Positions 1 to 12,490 of a DNA stretch of 64,000 nt are shown piece by piece (the stretch's first letter is position 1; each line of letters opens with the position of its first letter). Below the pieces are notes generated by a model. That model was given only the letters and a program-made list of their open reading frames with translations. It made no database searches and had not been told where the DNA came from. Location of the stretch: the NCBI RefSeq assembly GCF_009914755.1, contig NC_060928.1. One strand, written 5' to 3'. A program made the position numbers and the translations under genes. This DNA comes from the human T2T-CHM13v2.0 reference genome, Homo sapiens.

Positions 1-388
1 GCTTTGTTCTAAGATTATCAGAGGACATAAAAATGGAAAGTTATATACAAAATCAGATTCATGTGATTTCAAAGTAATATTAAGTAAATAAAAATACAAT
101 TATATCATCTGAATTAGAGAGATATGTAAAATTTTAAAAGCTCTAGTTTTAATGTTCAAAGCATTTAAATATATTAACAGCATTACTAAAATAGGCAAAT
201 TGTTGATTATTTATGAGAATACTGATGAGAGTAGCATTTTCTCAAATGTGTGGATCATATGGTAAGTCATTTGGTGACACTTGCCACGTTATTATGAATG
301 AAGCAGGGTTGGCATCCTAGTGGATACAACTAGACATTACATTAATGTTATAACAGAGTTCAAGACATGCTAAATAGCTCATCAATAT

Positions 389-1097
389 TGAAACTGTCTA
401 CAAAAATTGTAACTGTGAGAAGATTATGACAGTGAAAGGGCTCTGATTTAATCAACCCTCATCTTGCCTTTAACTTCCAAACTGCCCTTAGTCATTCCTA
501 GACAAAGCTAACTTTGGGAGAAATTTAGTTTACAGCTTAAGTTTTAATACACCTTTCCCCAAACTCAACTGTCACTGTAAAATGAATGAAACACTATGAG
601 GTTAGGAGGATGAGAGAAGCCTGAACTTTGTTAAGGTGTAGAAGTAAAGGATTATGAGCCATTATTCCCAAGGTCAAAATATTTGCAACTTCCCCAGTTA
701 CTCTTGCAGATAGCATCACTATTGTAGAACTTAAGATTGGTCTTTTGGATGTCCTTCCAGACGTTTGCATTTCTGATGACCAATAGCTCCACTCAGACTC
801 TTAACAGGTCCTGTGGCCCCCACCCAGAAGCAGAGTCAGGGTAAAAGGACCGATTTCCATGCCCCTATGACTGCATCCATAGCCAGTCAGCAGCACCCAT
901 TCCCTTGCCTGCCAAACTATCCTTGAAAAACCCTAGCCTCTGAATTTTGGGGAGGCTGATTTGAGTAATAATAAAGCTCCAGCCTCCTGTTTAGCTGGCT
1001 CTATGTGCATTAAACTCTATCTCCATTGCAATTCCCCTGTCTTGATAAATCAGCTGTATCTGGGCACTTGACAAAAAGAGCCCCCTGGAGGGTGACA
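389..1097 (+). mobile_element. ERV1 solo LTR, LTR8 family (LTR8A-like)
   Basis: TG...CA ends. Start tgaaactgtc...attatgacagtgaaag and 3' part aaactatccttgaaaaaccctagcctc...ccattgcaattcccctgtcttgataaatc resemble the LTR8 consensus. Confidence 0.75.
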
Positions 1098-1444
1098 GTA
1101 CCAACCTCTACATATGCCTTTCTTGCATATAAAAAGTAAACACAATATTAGGATAATCATGCAAAGCGTCTCCTACTAGGGGTTATTTTATCTGGCATGG
1201 GAGGGAAATGGAGAGTTCTTCCTTGGAAGCCATTTATAGAGCATGGCACTTGGCACATACTATGTCCTTAATATACTTCTGCAGTGTTTTGAATATTTTA
1301 TTAATCAAATATAAAGTCAATCTTTAATATGCACATCAATATATGAATTCCACTAATAAAGAAAGAATGCAAAAATGGTAATTGTGGCTCTGTTCTCTCC
1401 TGAAATTATTAATTCTAAAGGTGTCTGTAAAATGCATAATCACT

Positions 1445-1903
1445 TGTGAAAGGAAAATAAAAACTCAGAACCCCAATTCATTATGCTAAAAGCAAAAAAT
1501 TAAGCTGAAACCTCAGTCATACAAGACACTGCTTTTCCTTTTGTTCCTAAGTAGACAGCGACAGATAAAAGGTTAAATATCTTCACAGGTAGCTAGCTAC
1601 TCTATGTTCACCTTATGTTACACAAAAAGCCAAATTAGTGAGCCCGAGACAAATACATAATTGTCTATTTTCCTACCTGCCCCTTTTTTCTTGCAACATG
1701 TGGTTACTATATACTCCCTCTTTCCCCTCTAGCCCACCTTTCCCCTTTAAATACTGAAGCCCTCAAATTCATCGTTGGAGAAAGGCATGGGCCACAGACT
1801 GTTTTGATGATTCTGTGTTGTTTTCTTCTGGGTATATCGTTAACTTTGGCAACATAAACTTCTAAATTGATTGAGATCAGTCTCACATACTTTTTGGCTT
1901 ACA
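1445..1903 (+). mobile_element. ERV1 solo LTR, MER4 family
   Basis: Begins tgtgaaaggaaaataaaaactc and ends tttttggcttaca; degenerate 4-bp TSD cact/ccct. Confidence 0.8.
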
Positions 1904-2190
1904 CCCTTAAGGCCAAAGAAAGTCAGAAAGGAGTCAACAGCAATAAAATTCTGAAAACTAAAAAGGAGTTGGATGTGTCGTCATTGGATTGGTGGGCTTT
2001 GCAAAATTTGGCAGGGGCATAGACAAGAAGCAATTAAATATACATAAAGGAACAATAAAAGAATGACTAAAAATCTGTTAATGAAATTGCCAGATACCCC
2101 AAATCTGCTTTCCTCTTGGCAGAAGACAGTTCAGATTCGTTCTGTGGAAAACCCAAGCAGAGTTGAGGGTATGGAGAAGGTAGAGTAGAA

Positions 2191-2197
2191 ACATACA

Positions 2198-2239
<42 letters not shown>

Positions 2240-2257
2240 TTTTACATACACAAAACA
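2191..2257. repeat. (CA)n microsatellite
   Basis: Direct inspection. Confidence 0.95.
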
Positions 2258-5200
2258 TATATATTAGATATATACAATGCCAAATATCTCAGTGTTAATC
2301 AACTCAGCTCCTAGTTCAGAACATTGGTAACCAGTATTTATACTCTTAGAAAAGAGATGAGAGGAATCAGAGTGTTTTGAAGAAACTGACTAAGCCAGCA
2401 CGCAGTACAGTGAAGACAATAGTGGGCAAGCCCATCCACAGGCACAGAATGTCCAATCAACTTTTAAGTGGCCAGCTTAAATTCTAGACTTAATCAGAAT
2501 TCATTTAAGTTTGAGGGTTAATACTTAGAGCATTTTAAGTTATGCAAGGCTGCAAAAATTTTATCTCTGATGCTCCATTTTCTCAGTATATTCATGGAAG
2601 TTTTACTCTCTTCGCAAACAAGGAAGTAAATTGAGACACAGGAAGACAAAAGATCCAGCAAACAGAGGATCTAATGCAAGAAAACGTCAAAAGGAATACT
2701 CAGGATGATGGCAGAAGGAGACTGCAAGGATGACGGTTTGTGCAGCCATTCTAAAGGGCAAGCAGTCCACATTGGAGCAGGCCAGATGATTGCAGCAAAG
2801 ATTTCTTGAAGAAGATGAAATTATTAGAAAACCAAATGTGTCTGAGTGTACTGAGAGGAGATTTACACAATCTGAGGAACAGTTTCAGGATGAATCAGTG
2901 ATGAATATAAAAGCTAAACAAGCCAAAAAATAATTCTAAGGGAAACATAAAAAGAACAGAAACGGAAATGTAGTCATGGTATATAGTTCAAGGCTCAGCT
3001 GTGAAAAATGACTACAGAGCCACCATAATGTACACAATGAATTTGGATTTGATATAATCAAGATATAATAGAGGATGGGGTGCTGGGAAATATCTGTATG
3101 TGTGGTAAAGGCAGGAGGGTGACAGAAAGTGAAAGATGGCTTTATCTTCCAGTGAGAAATCGATAGGTAATTTGTAAAAGAGTGAAGAAGTAGATATAAA
3201 AGCATGTTAAATAGAGTCGTAGAGGTAAATTCAAAAGAGTTATTTCAAAAAATTGGAAGTGCCTGCCTACAAAGGGCAGAAAAATCATTTAGGAAGGGGA
3301 AAGTGGTATGAACTGCTATTTTTGTAACAAATGTAAGAGAAATATTTGCCATTTAGAAACAGGTGCAAAATTAACTGACAAAATTAAAATTAAATGTAAA
3401 AAATGTATATAGAAAATGAAAGAATATTTCTTGACAACTGGAAATGTCTTATTTTACTAACAGTATCTAACATTGTAGAATGAATGAATATCTATTCCAG
3501 AACTGTGCTTCAATGCTGGAACTATGTCATCTGTGAATTACCAAACAAGTTTAGTGTTGAACAGAAAAGGCAGCAGAGGACAATCTTTCATAGTTCTGTG
3601 GGTAACAGACACTGACCGTTGACAAAATTGATAGTCTTTAATATAATGCTTGGAAGAGTTGGTACAATAAATACAAGTGCTAGAAACTGAAAGATATCTA
3701 CCTAATTTTATGGGAAAGTCCCACTCTTTTTGTAACCCTGAAAAATACACATGTATTAAACATGTGTGCAGAGTTTCTAATCTATTCATATAAAATTCAT
3801 TTGTTTGAATATAAAAAAATTCACCAAAATCTTGAAATAAAAGTAATTGTAAAAATAAATAAATAAACAAATAAATAAATAACTGCTAATGTTGGCAAGT
3901 TAAAAAAAAGTAATCGTATTCTGATCAAACTATAGTTTAGAGCAACTGAATCTCCAAGCATATCTGATGAAAACACAGATAATTGAGTATCACCCCAGAC
4001 CAAGAAAATGAGGATCTCTGACTAATCTGGTAACAAGCATTTTTAATATGCTCTTGAGAGATTTTTATAACACATTTGAGAAAAAATTTATACTGAATAG
4101 CTCCTGGACTTTTTGTTTGATTGCTTATTGATTTTTTTCTTTAATCTAAGGGTTATGACATCCCTCTGCTCTCCACATTCCCATCTTCCTTCTCAAAATC
4201 TTTCCAAACCACTCAACATGACACTCACATACTGCATTTTTATAGGTATTTTTTTCCTCCAAAACGAGATAAGTTATCAGAGACCAAGGGAGATATTATA
4301 TACATCTTTGAATCTTCTCAACAAATATCTGATAATTAAGGGATTTAGGGTATTGAATGGGTAGGAATATTGAAGAAAAACTATTTAATTTATAATTTTA
4401 ACTTGCACCATATTTATTTCTAGAAAACAACTCCTTCCATCAGGTTTAGATGGAAAGAGTTGTGAGGTTGCCATTTTAACTCCAAGCTTTTAAATCTTTG
4501 TGGCTTTAGCTATAAAATATGAATCAATCAAACCTCAAGGTTTCAATTAATCTACGATTTTATTTACAACACTCTTATAAAATGACTTACAATAATCTGT
4601 CTGCCATTTACCATTCCTACATAGTGCTAATTGCGTTTTTCTTTCTAACTACAAATCATAGCATCTGTGAAATTTTTTCTTAGCAAGAAATTAATTGGAA
4701 CAAAAGGAATCAGTAGAAATGAAACAGAGACACCATGATCGTCATATGAAAGAGAGCATTGTGCCCATGGAGAAGTGGAATTGAAAAATATATTAAGCAA
4801 TTCTTAGCCAAGTAAGAGTTTAGTCTCTATAGCAATTATATAATTTCCTAGCTGCAATAAAATACTGTCATCTCAAGACTCCTTGCATAAATATACAAGT
4901 ATATTGTATATTTTAATAAAAATCTAATCATTCAACAAGTGCTTCAGACTACAGTGTAGATAAATAGTACTTGAAATACCTCTTCCAGTCTCTAAATACA
5001 AAAAAATTCTAAGCATCAAATTTTCTCTTAATTCTCGAGGTAAATACAAATCTATTTTTAAGTAAGTTTTCAAATAAATGTCGACTTATTAGAATTGGTT
5101 TAACAATAGGGGAATGCAATGCAATAAGTTATGAAAATTTAACATTTTAAAAAATCTTGAGTACATCCCACCACTAATGTTTTTCCTGTAGGATTGGTGT

Positions 5201-8200
5201 TATTATATTGCTCTAAGTATTTTTATTCCAGGCATGCTGCTTTTTTTCCTAGGAAAGAAAGTGAATTAATATATTTGAAGCCTTGTTTGAGAGTTGGTTG
5301 GAGTTTTTCTTAACCTGAACATAAAAGCAAATTTGGCTTTCAGTTAAGACTTTTCTTGACATGATATTAACAGTGAAATAACCTACTGGCATATGTCAGA
5401 AGGGATGAAAAAAAATATCCTCCCTCCTCTTTTCCCCCTCTCACTTCAATATTCACTGTGCTGCTTTGTTCACCATATCCTGCATAATTAATAACCACTT
5501 TGGCAATCAGTCATGCATTCCTTAATAGCACCTCAGGCATCAAGTGTCCTTCTAACCCCTCCCCACAGAAACCCTACACCCTTCCACAGGGCATGCTGGC
5601 CAGTACGCCGTCTGAACTCTGGATAAGTCATTTACAAAATCACCATTAAGAAAAACACACAGTGGGGGTTATAATGTGGCTATAATACTTACATACTATA
5701 CTATATTATTAATCTTTGTATATAATTTAATAACAAGAATAAACAAGATTCACTTGTATATTCAAACAAGTATCACTGATTATACATAGTTTTTTAAAAT
5801 GTAAAATCATAGAAGTGATAGAACAAATCAGGCGGCAACTTAAAGGAAGATGAAGTTCACTGAAGTGTTGTGAGTTAAAGTACTCTTCAGTTCATCCACC
5901 CCCTGCCCAGCTTATCAGGCAAAGAAAAAGAGGGTAAATATACATTGACTCAATTTGTATGGTGGCTATAACTTCTAATTCTCTTAATATAAACTGATAT
6001 ACTCATTAAATGGAAAAAAGTAAATAAATTATTGTAAACATTATCATTACTTTGGATCAGAAACCTTAGACTAAGAGACTGAAAAATATAATATTCATTA
6101 AAACCATTTAAGAAAAATCAGTGGTAATCATTTTTCATAATGTTAACCAAATTGGAGGGAGAATAAGAAAATCTTCAAATCTCACAGACATTAAAAAAAC
6201 AACAAATAGCACTGTACTCAAGAAGAATAGTTCTAAATATAAGACTAAAATAACTTTAAAAATTCAGATTTAGATTTGTATATTTTACTTAAAAATAGGT
6301 ATGGTTTAATTGAAGCAGTTTTCTGACCAAAAAATATGCAGTACTTTTTACTTTTAGAACTGAGAAATAAAACTTTTAATAAAGTCTTTTGATTCTGGAG
6401 CAAAAGTTATTATTTCAGCCTTTTTAGGTTTCTTATCATTTTAAATAATGGTGCTTATGCTACAGTACACAGAGTAAAACATATATAATCTATTATAAAT
6501 TACTCCAAAATTAAACAAGAAATTTTCCTTTCTTTCTAAAAGATCTGAAATGTGTTCTGGGCTCTCACCGTGTGTGGCCTCCAAACAGAAACAAGCTTGC
6601 ACTGTTTTATTTCAGTTTTGCTTCATTTCTTCCCAAACAATCTCTCACTGCTAATCTACCAGGTCTTTTTTTTTTTTCTCTTTTAGCAGAAAGGGAAAAA
6701 AATCAAAGACATTAACTCCTTAGGCACAATCATAAAAGTTGAACACTGTATGTATCATTTGGCATCAATTTGCAGAAATTTATTTTTTATTAGTTATTAA
6801 TGGAGCATGACTGGAGAATAATATTTCTATAAATAATTCTCTAAAATATCATTGAAATGCTGTAATTTTAAAATTATGTAGCAATTCTAGTACTACTGTT
6901 TTAAAAAGCTATAACTAGCTATAACCTCAAGTAAATAACATATGCTAAAGTTATTTCTAAAACTAGGTTTAGTTTATAACACCAAATGAAAAAATGGAGA
7001 GAGAAATTTTAATTATGTCTTATTGTAAGGTACCTGTGAATCAAGAAAATGATATGGAAATCCCAATATTGTAAAGGAAAGTACTGATATTTATAATAAA
7101 TATGTAAAATCTTTAAATATTAGAACAGCATCACTTTATTCAAATGAACAAGTCATCTCTTATTTAACTATATGCTCTGTTATTCATAAACTGAGGAAAA
7201 AAAGAGTGGGTAAATCATCTTACAAGGGAGAACATAATTTTTAATGGCAACTTGTGTGGCAAAAACTGTTTCTGAAAATTTTAACTAATGTATTAAAACT
7301 CTGCCTCTAAGACACATGGTAATCAGAACCAAGGAGTCTTAACTGTTGACCAGAACCCGATATCCATTTATAGTCCCAAAGAAGGCTACAGGGTTATCTC
7401 TTTACCTGTGAAATATAAAGAATTTTAAAATAAACTTAACCCATAATTTGTCCTAGAAAAAAATGTGATTAAACTCACTTAAAATTTTTTCTGTATAGTA
7501 ATGCATGCAAAATATTCATTGGGTTGATTATGAAAAGTAGATAATGTTAACTGTATATACTAATGTTTATAAAATCATTAGTATGCACTCAATTCTTTAA
7601 CTTCAGTGGATGTCCCACTAATTCCCACTCCTCACTGCCTCCCCTAAAAAGAAAACCAGGGCAATTATTTAGCTAATGCAAGAATGTGTCTTTGGTAATA
7701 TAGCGTAATATATTAGGACAGCAGAATATCTGGTGTCATTCCTGTGAGTCTACTGCGTTCCGGTTTATGAATTATCTCTGTTGTGTGAGAGGAACAAAGG
7801 TGACATATAATAAATAGGAAGGTAGTATAGCTCCCTGTGGGTTTTGGACAACTCTAAGATGAAATGGCTGAATTTCTATGAAATCTTAATGAGCAGCTAC
7901 AATGTGAATGGCATTGTGCTAGGCACTCCTGACAAACCTCAATGCAGAAAGTTAATTGTCTACTATAAACTAGTAGTTAATATTATTTTTACTATTACAA
8001 AGAAATCATTGTGGCCAGTGGAATCTAAAGTGGAATTTTGCAGAGGTAGGTTTCTAATCAATGAGACCGTTGCCTCTGGGGAACAGAGTGTGCTGACATG
8101 AAGTTCATCCAGAGCAAAAAGAGAAAAATAAAAGCATCAGAGATGATCCAGGGGCTTGGAGGGACCCTTGCCCCTGAGCAAAGGCCTCAAGAACTTTTAA

Positions 8201-10485
8201 GTCTGCTGTCCAGGAGGCACACTTTCTTGCTTTAGGCTTTCATTAATCTGTTACACAGATAAGATTGATGGATTGCACCCTGTTAGCAAAGTGTGGGGGG
8301 TGGAGGGGGTGCATGGAGGGAGGGGTGTAATTTAGGAGTACACAATGATAATTCAAAACATTCTGCAAGGCTTAACAGCATAACCACTTGTCAAATTCTA
8401 ACTCATCAGATCTCACCCTTCTGCAGACAGTTTATTAAGAGTAGAATGAATGTGGCTGTAAGTAGAGAGATGAATGGATATATGGAACCAAGACAAAGGA
8501 CGGCTGAAGAAATGGCAGGTTAATTGTCAACGTAAATTTAAACACAGAAAAAACAAAGCTTGTGAGATTGTAAAATTCATATAATTTCTCCAGAAAGCAA
8601 TCTTAAAAATGAAAATCACCAACTTACACTTATTAGGCAATGTAGGACACTACCTTCATTCTCTCCTGTTTCTTCCAGTCCAAAAGCCTATTGTTTTCCT
8701 AAACATAGTTTAATTACAAGAACTCCTATGCCTTTACTCCCCACATGTCTCCATTATCTACAGCCCAGAATAGGTCAATGTAGTTGCCACACAAAGCCTG
8801 GCTCAATAGAGTCCAGGAGAGTTGACAATAGCCCATTGAAGTCCATATTGACAATTTACCAATCATTGTTAAATGATTAAACAATCATTTAAAAATGTGG
8901 TCAATTTAATTTCAATAATGGAACCAATGACATACATTTGGCCTAAAGTCTCCCAGATGTGGTGTCTGGTCTCAGTCACAGTAAATCTCTGATAATAGGT
9001 CAACCCTGGTGACAGGACTTTTCTTAGCCAAGAGGATGGATGGCACTTTCAATCAACCTTTGGGTTCTTACTTCATCACAAGTCTTATGAATCTGACAAC
9101 TTTCACACATATACAGTGAATCCTGTATTAGTTAAGCTGGGTGACTGAATTGCATGATCAACTCAGCATTCAAGTATTTATTGAGAGACTATTATGTGCT
9201 CAGAACTGAGCTAGCTGCTATAAATACCATACATATACTATGTCTACTATGTATATGTGTAATACATACATATAGTATGCTTTTATCATTACATATTTGA
9301 TTTAATCCATATAACTCCTTGGGTTATACAACCAGATAATCTATGTAGTCACAAAATCAGAAAAAAAAACCTTCAGTAGTGATATTTATACGTTAGCTTT
9401 TGTGTTTTATTCTATAGGAGGACAGTAGATTGCTATTTATACACATTTAAATTAATATAATATAGACAGAAGTTCATTTAAAATATAAATAATATCCTTA
9501 ATTTAAAGTTTATTTTGTCACATGTTTGGGATGAATAAAACCTTTGCTCTCACAAAGACCTGCTAGTATGTTTTTTACTACAATTAATATATCCCATATT
9601 TAAATATTTGAGAAATATTTCACTTTGTGAAAGTGTATCCATGGCCCTCAACGCCACCCTAGCCTAAAAAATATTAAACTCACTAAGTTCTGTGAAACAA
9701 GATACTGTAAAAGTATACTAAACAGATTCTTAGTGGCTTTAATCAAGCAAATAATCAGTATTAAACTATTGCCTATTAATAAAAATGTACATCTTTGTCT
9801 ATCATTAACATTTTTCATTTACAGGTAGAATTGTTACATTTTATTAAATAAATTTAAAAATATTAAAGTATTATATTAAACTTTAAAAAGTTTTGGAAAG
9901 GAACAAAGAAAATGGAACAGAATATATACTGGCAAAAAGTATTTCAGAATGGAGTAGAGTTTGGGATATCTTAAATAAGCTACATAATAAAACTGATCAA
10001 AATTCACAATTTATAACATACACAATTTATAACATTTATAACATACTTCAGAGATTTCTCCTTTAACTTCAATCATACATGATAAATGATTCTATTATTA
10101 CTAAATGAATAAATTGTCATTTTCAAAATTCAGTTTGCATTGTATTGCTTCTTTTTAGCTATACCCTTAACCAATACTTAAATTTCCTTTATTTAATCAG
10201 TTGTCTAGATAATATTTCATAGACTCCTGAGCAATCAAACAGGGAAATTTCTGCTTAACAATACACATGAATATGATATAAAATGGTAAATACTGATTTC
10301 ATATTTTCTAATTTGCCTAATGAATTGCTGGCTTGGCATGTAAGAGTTTTTATTTACATAAAAATGAAATCCCAGCTAGGTTTGTTTTCTGATTTTTTTT
10401 CTGATTCTCATGTGTAAGAGGAGAAAAATAAAAAGAAACAAAAAGCTGATCCAATTAAATAAGGGGATCTGAAAGTGGTACTTAC

Positions 10486-10666
10486 TGGCATGACAATGTT
10501 GTAGTGGATGCAGAACCCTGGTTCAGAAGGAAAATATTCATCAGATACAAATCTTATCCTAATTTGATTTCCTTTAGAAATCTGTTTTCCTGGTACAGTA
10601 CCAGAACCACACCAGCGCCCTAATATAGTTCCATCACTGGGTTCCTCAACTTCTACAAAATCATAC
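10486..10666 (-). CDS. PDGFC: PDGFC exon 3 (C-terminal part of CUB domain)
   Basis: Translates (K)YDFVEVEEPSDGTILGRWCGSGTVPGKQISKGNQIRIRFVSDEYFPSEPGFCIHYNIVMP. Acceptor tttgtctttttgcag|G, donor CCA|gtaagt; 181 nt. The leading G completes the AA|G Lys codon split from exon 2. Confidence 0.97.
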
Positions 10667-11411
10667 CTGCAAAAAGACAAAGGGAAAGAGACATCATTTC
10701 ATAATCTGTTATTCTGGCAATTACAAGTTTCATGTCTGTGGGTGCTATGACTCTACGGACCACAGCAGTGAGTTAATCCAAAATTTAACCGGGAACATAT
10801 AATTAAGAATTCTAAAGAAGAGACACAACTGAAAATGAGGGCCCAGTTGAAGAACTATGAGTCTCTTTGGAGTCCTTAGTTTTTCTGTTTACGAATTCCA
10901 AATTCATTAAATAACCATCCTAAAACTTAAACATTTTGTAAGGAGCAACCCTATCTGACATTCGATTCATGAATTATTGAATATAATTTTCATTTGGACA
11001 TGACAGTGTGACTCCACTCTTAATTCCTATTATTACTGCCCTTTATTTTCTGAGAGTAACTCTTTCATCCTGGCCAGGGGCCTTGGCTCTTTCCTCATCT
11101 GTGATGCAAGCTTTCCTAGAGTCACTTCATTGTATACGCATCTTTCGCACTTCACTTGGTACTGTTCTTCCTTTCTGTGACCTTCCTGGGTGTTCTCAGC
11201 TCACTGTCATCTTTCTCGTTTTGATAAACACATATTTCTAACTAACCATATATGTGTATAAGTGATCCATCTTCTTAGGCTGTTAATCCTTGAAGAAAGG
11301 AACCAGTTCGTACATATTTCTATTTTACATTTCACTATACACAGTATCTTAAACAGAGGAATAAATGATTGTTTTAAACACATGTCAACTTTTGGTTTGG
11401 AAGGTTTGGAT

Positions 11412-12172
11412 CAGTGGTGTTCACTGAGACCATTATTGCCCCATGACAGACTGTTTCACAAATCTGTGGGAACATTTTAGGTTGTCTCAATAATTGGGGG
11501 TGAGAAGGGAGTGATTGAAATGTAGCAGGCAAGGTCCACGAATGCCCAACAATGGAAAGTTCTGAAAATGAGTATTTGCCCCATGTCCTCCATGCCTTTC
11601 AAATATTTCACTGGACATTTCATGCAGGTGCAAATTCTACTACAGTTCATCTAACTATAAACATCATCTTACATCATCTCATGTATAAACGCATATATGT
11701 TTTGCACTGTTTTAGTTAAGATAAATTTTAAATAACGTCAACTATAGAGTAAATTGAGGGAATTTTCTGTGTTTTGTTTTAAACTTAACCAAGAGTTACT
11801 CACTTGGAAAAACATGTCACTAACAGGAATACTAGATATACCATTTTCATCCCAACTAAAACAAACATATTCTTATTAGTCTATATTTATAGCTGTTACA
11901 TTCGCAATGAGTCGACTTAAAAGATGCTAACATTTTCCCTTTATTTTTCTAGGGTAATTGTTACTGTTCATTTATATATTGAAACAGATTATTTTAATAT
12001 AAATTACTTTGCTATTTTAATAGATTTATATAACATGCAGACAATATATTTATTTTTAAAACAATTTCACATGTAAACAGATAACTGCTTCTATGAATTG
12101 CATTTCAGAATACTAAGCAGGGCATTGCAAAACTTTTGTTAAAACGAAGTCTGACATGGTTGTAAACCACTG
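11412..12172. mobile_element. hAT-Charlie non-autonomous DNA transposon (MER20B-like)
   Basis: Terminal inverted ends cagtggt...accactg about 760 bp apart, with MER20-like 5' sequence. Confidence 0.5.
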
Positions 12173-12339
12173 ATAGATTTTTTTCAAAATTTTAAATTCA
12201 GTAGATACCAGACTACCAAAAATACTACATTTTACGTAACATTAAACATATGAAAGAAAAAGTTGCTGAAAAAAGACAAAGTGTATAATGAAACAATTAT
12301 ACTTATAAATCTGAAGTATCCAAAACTCTCTTAAGGCAT

Positions 12340-12490
12340 GGAACTTAAACTACTTCAGCTTCATTTTCCTCACTGGTAAACTGGGAATAATGCTACCTAA
12401 CTCAGAGACATTTGAAGAAAGGAAAAATGGGACAGCACATGTGCAGCACCTAAAACATTGTTTGCACAGAGCTGCCACTCAAGAAAGTTT
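12340..12490. mobile_element. MIR fragment
   Basis: cttcattttcctcactggtaaactgggaataatgctaccta resembles the MIR core. Confidence 0.55.

Noticed and set aside
10408-10680. ORF-track start and stop for the PDGFC segments (also 49864-50106)
   Set aside because: The flanking residues are intronic read-through; the true limits are the splice sites.
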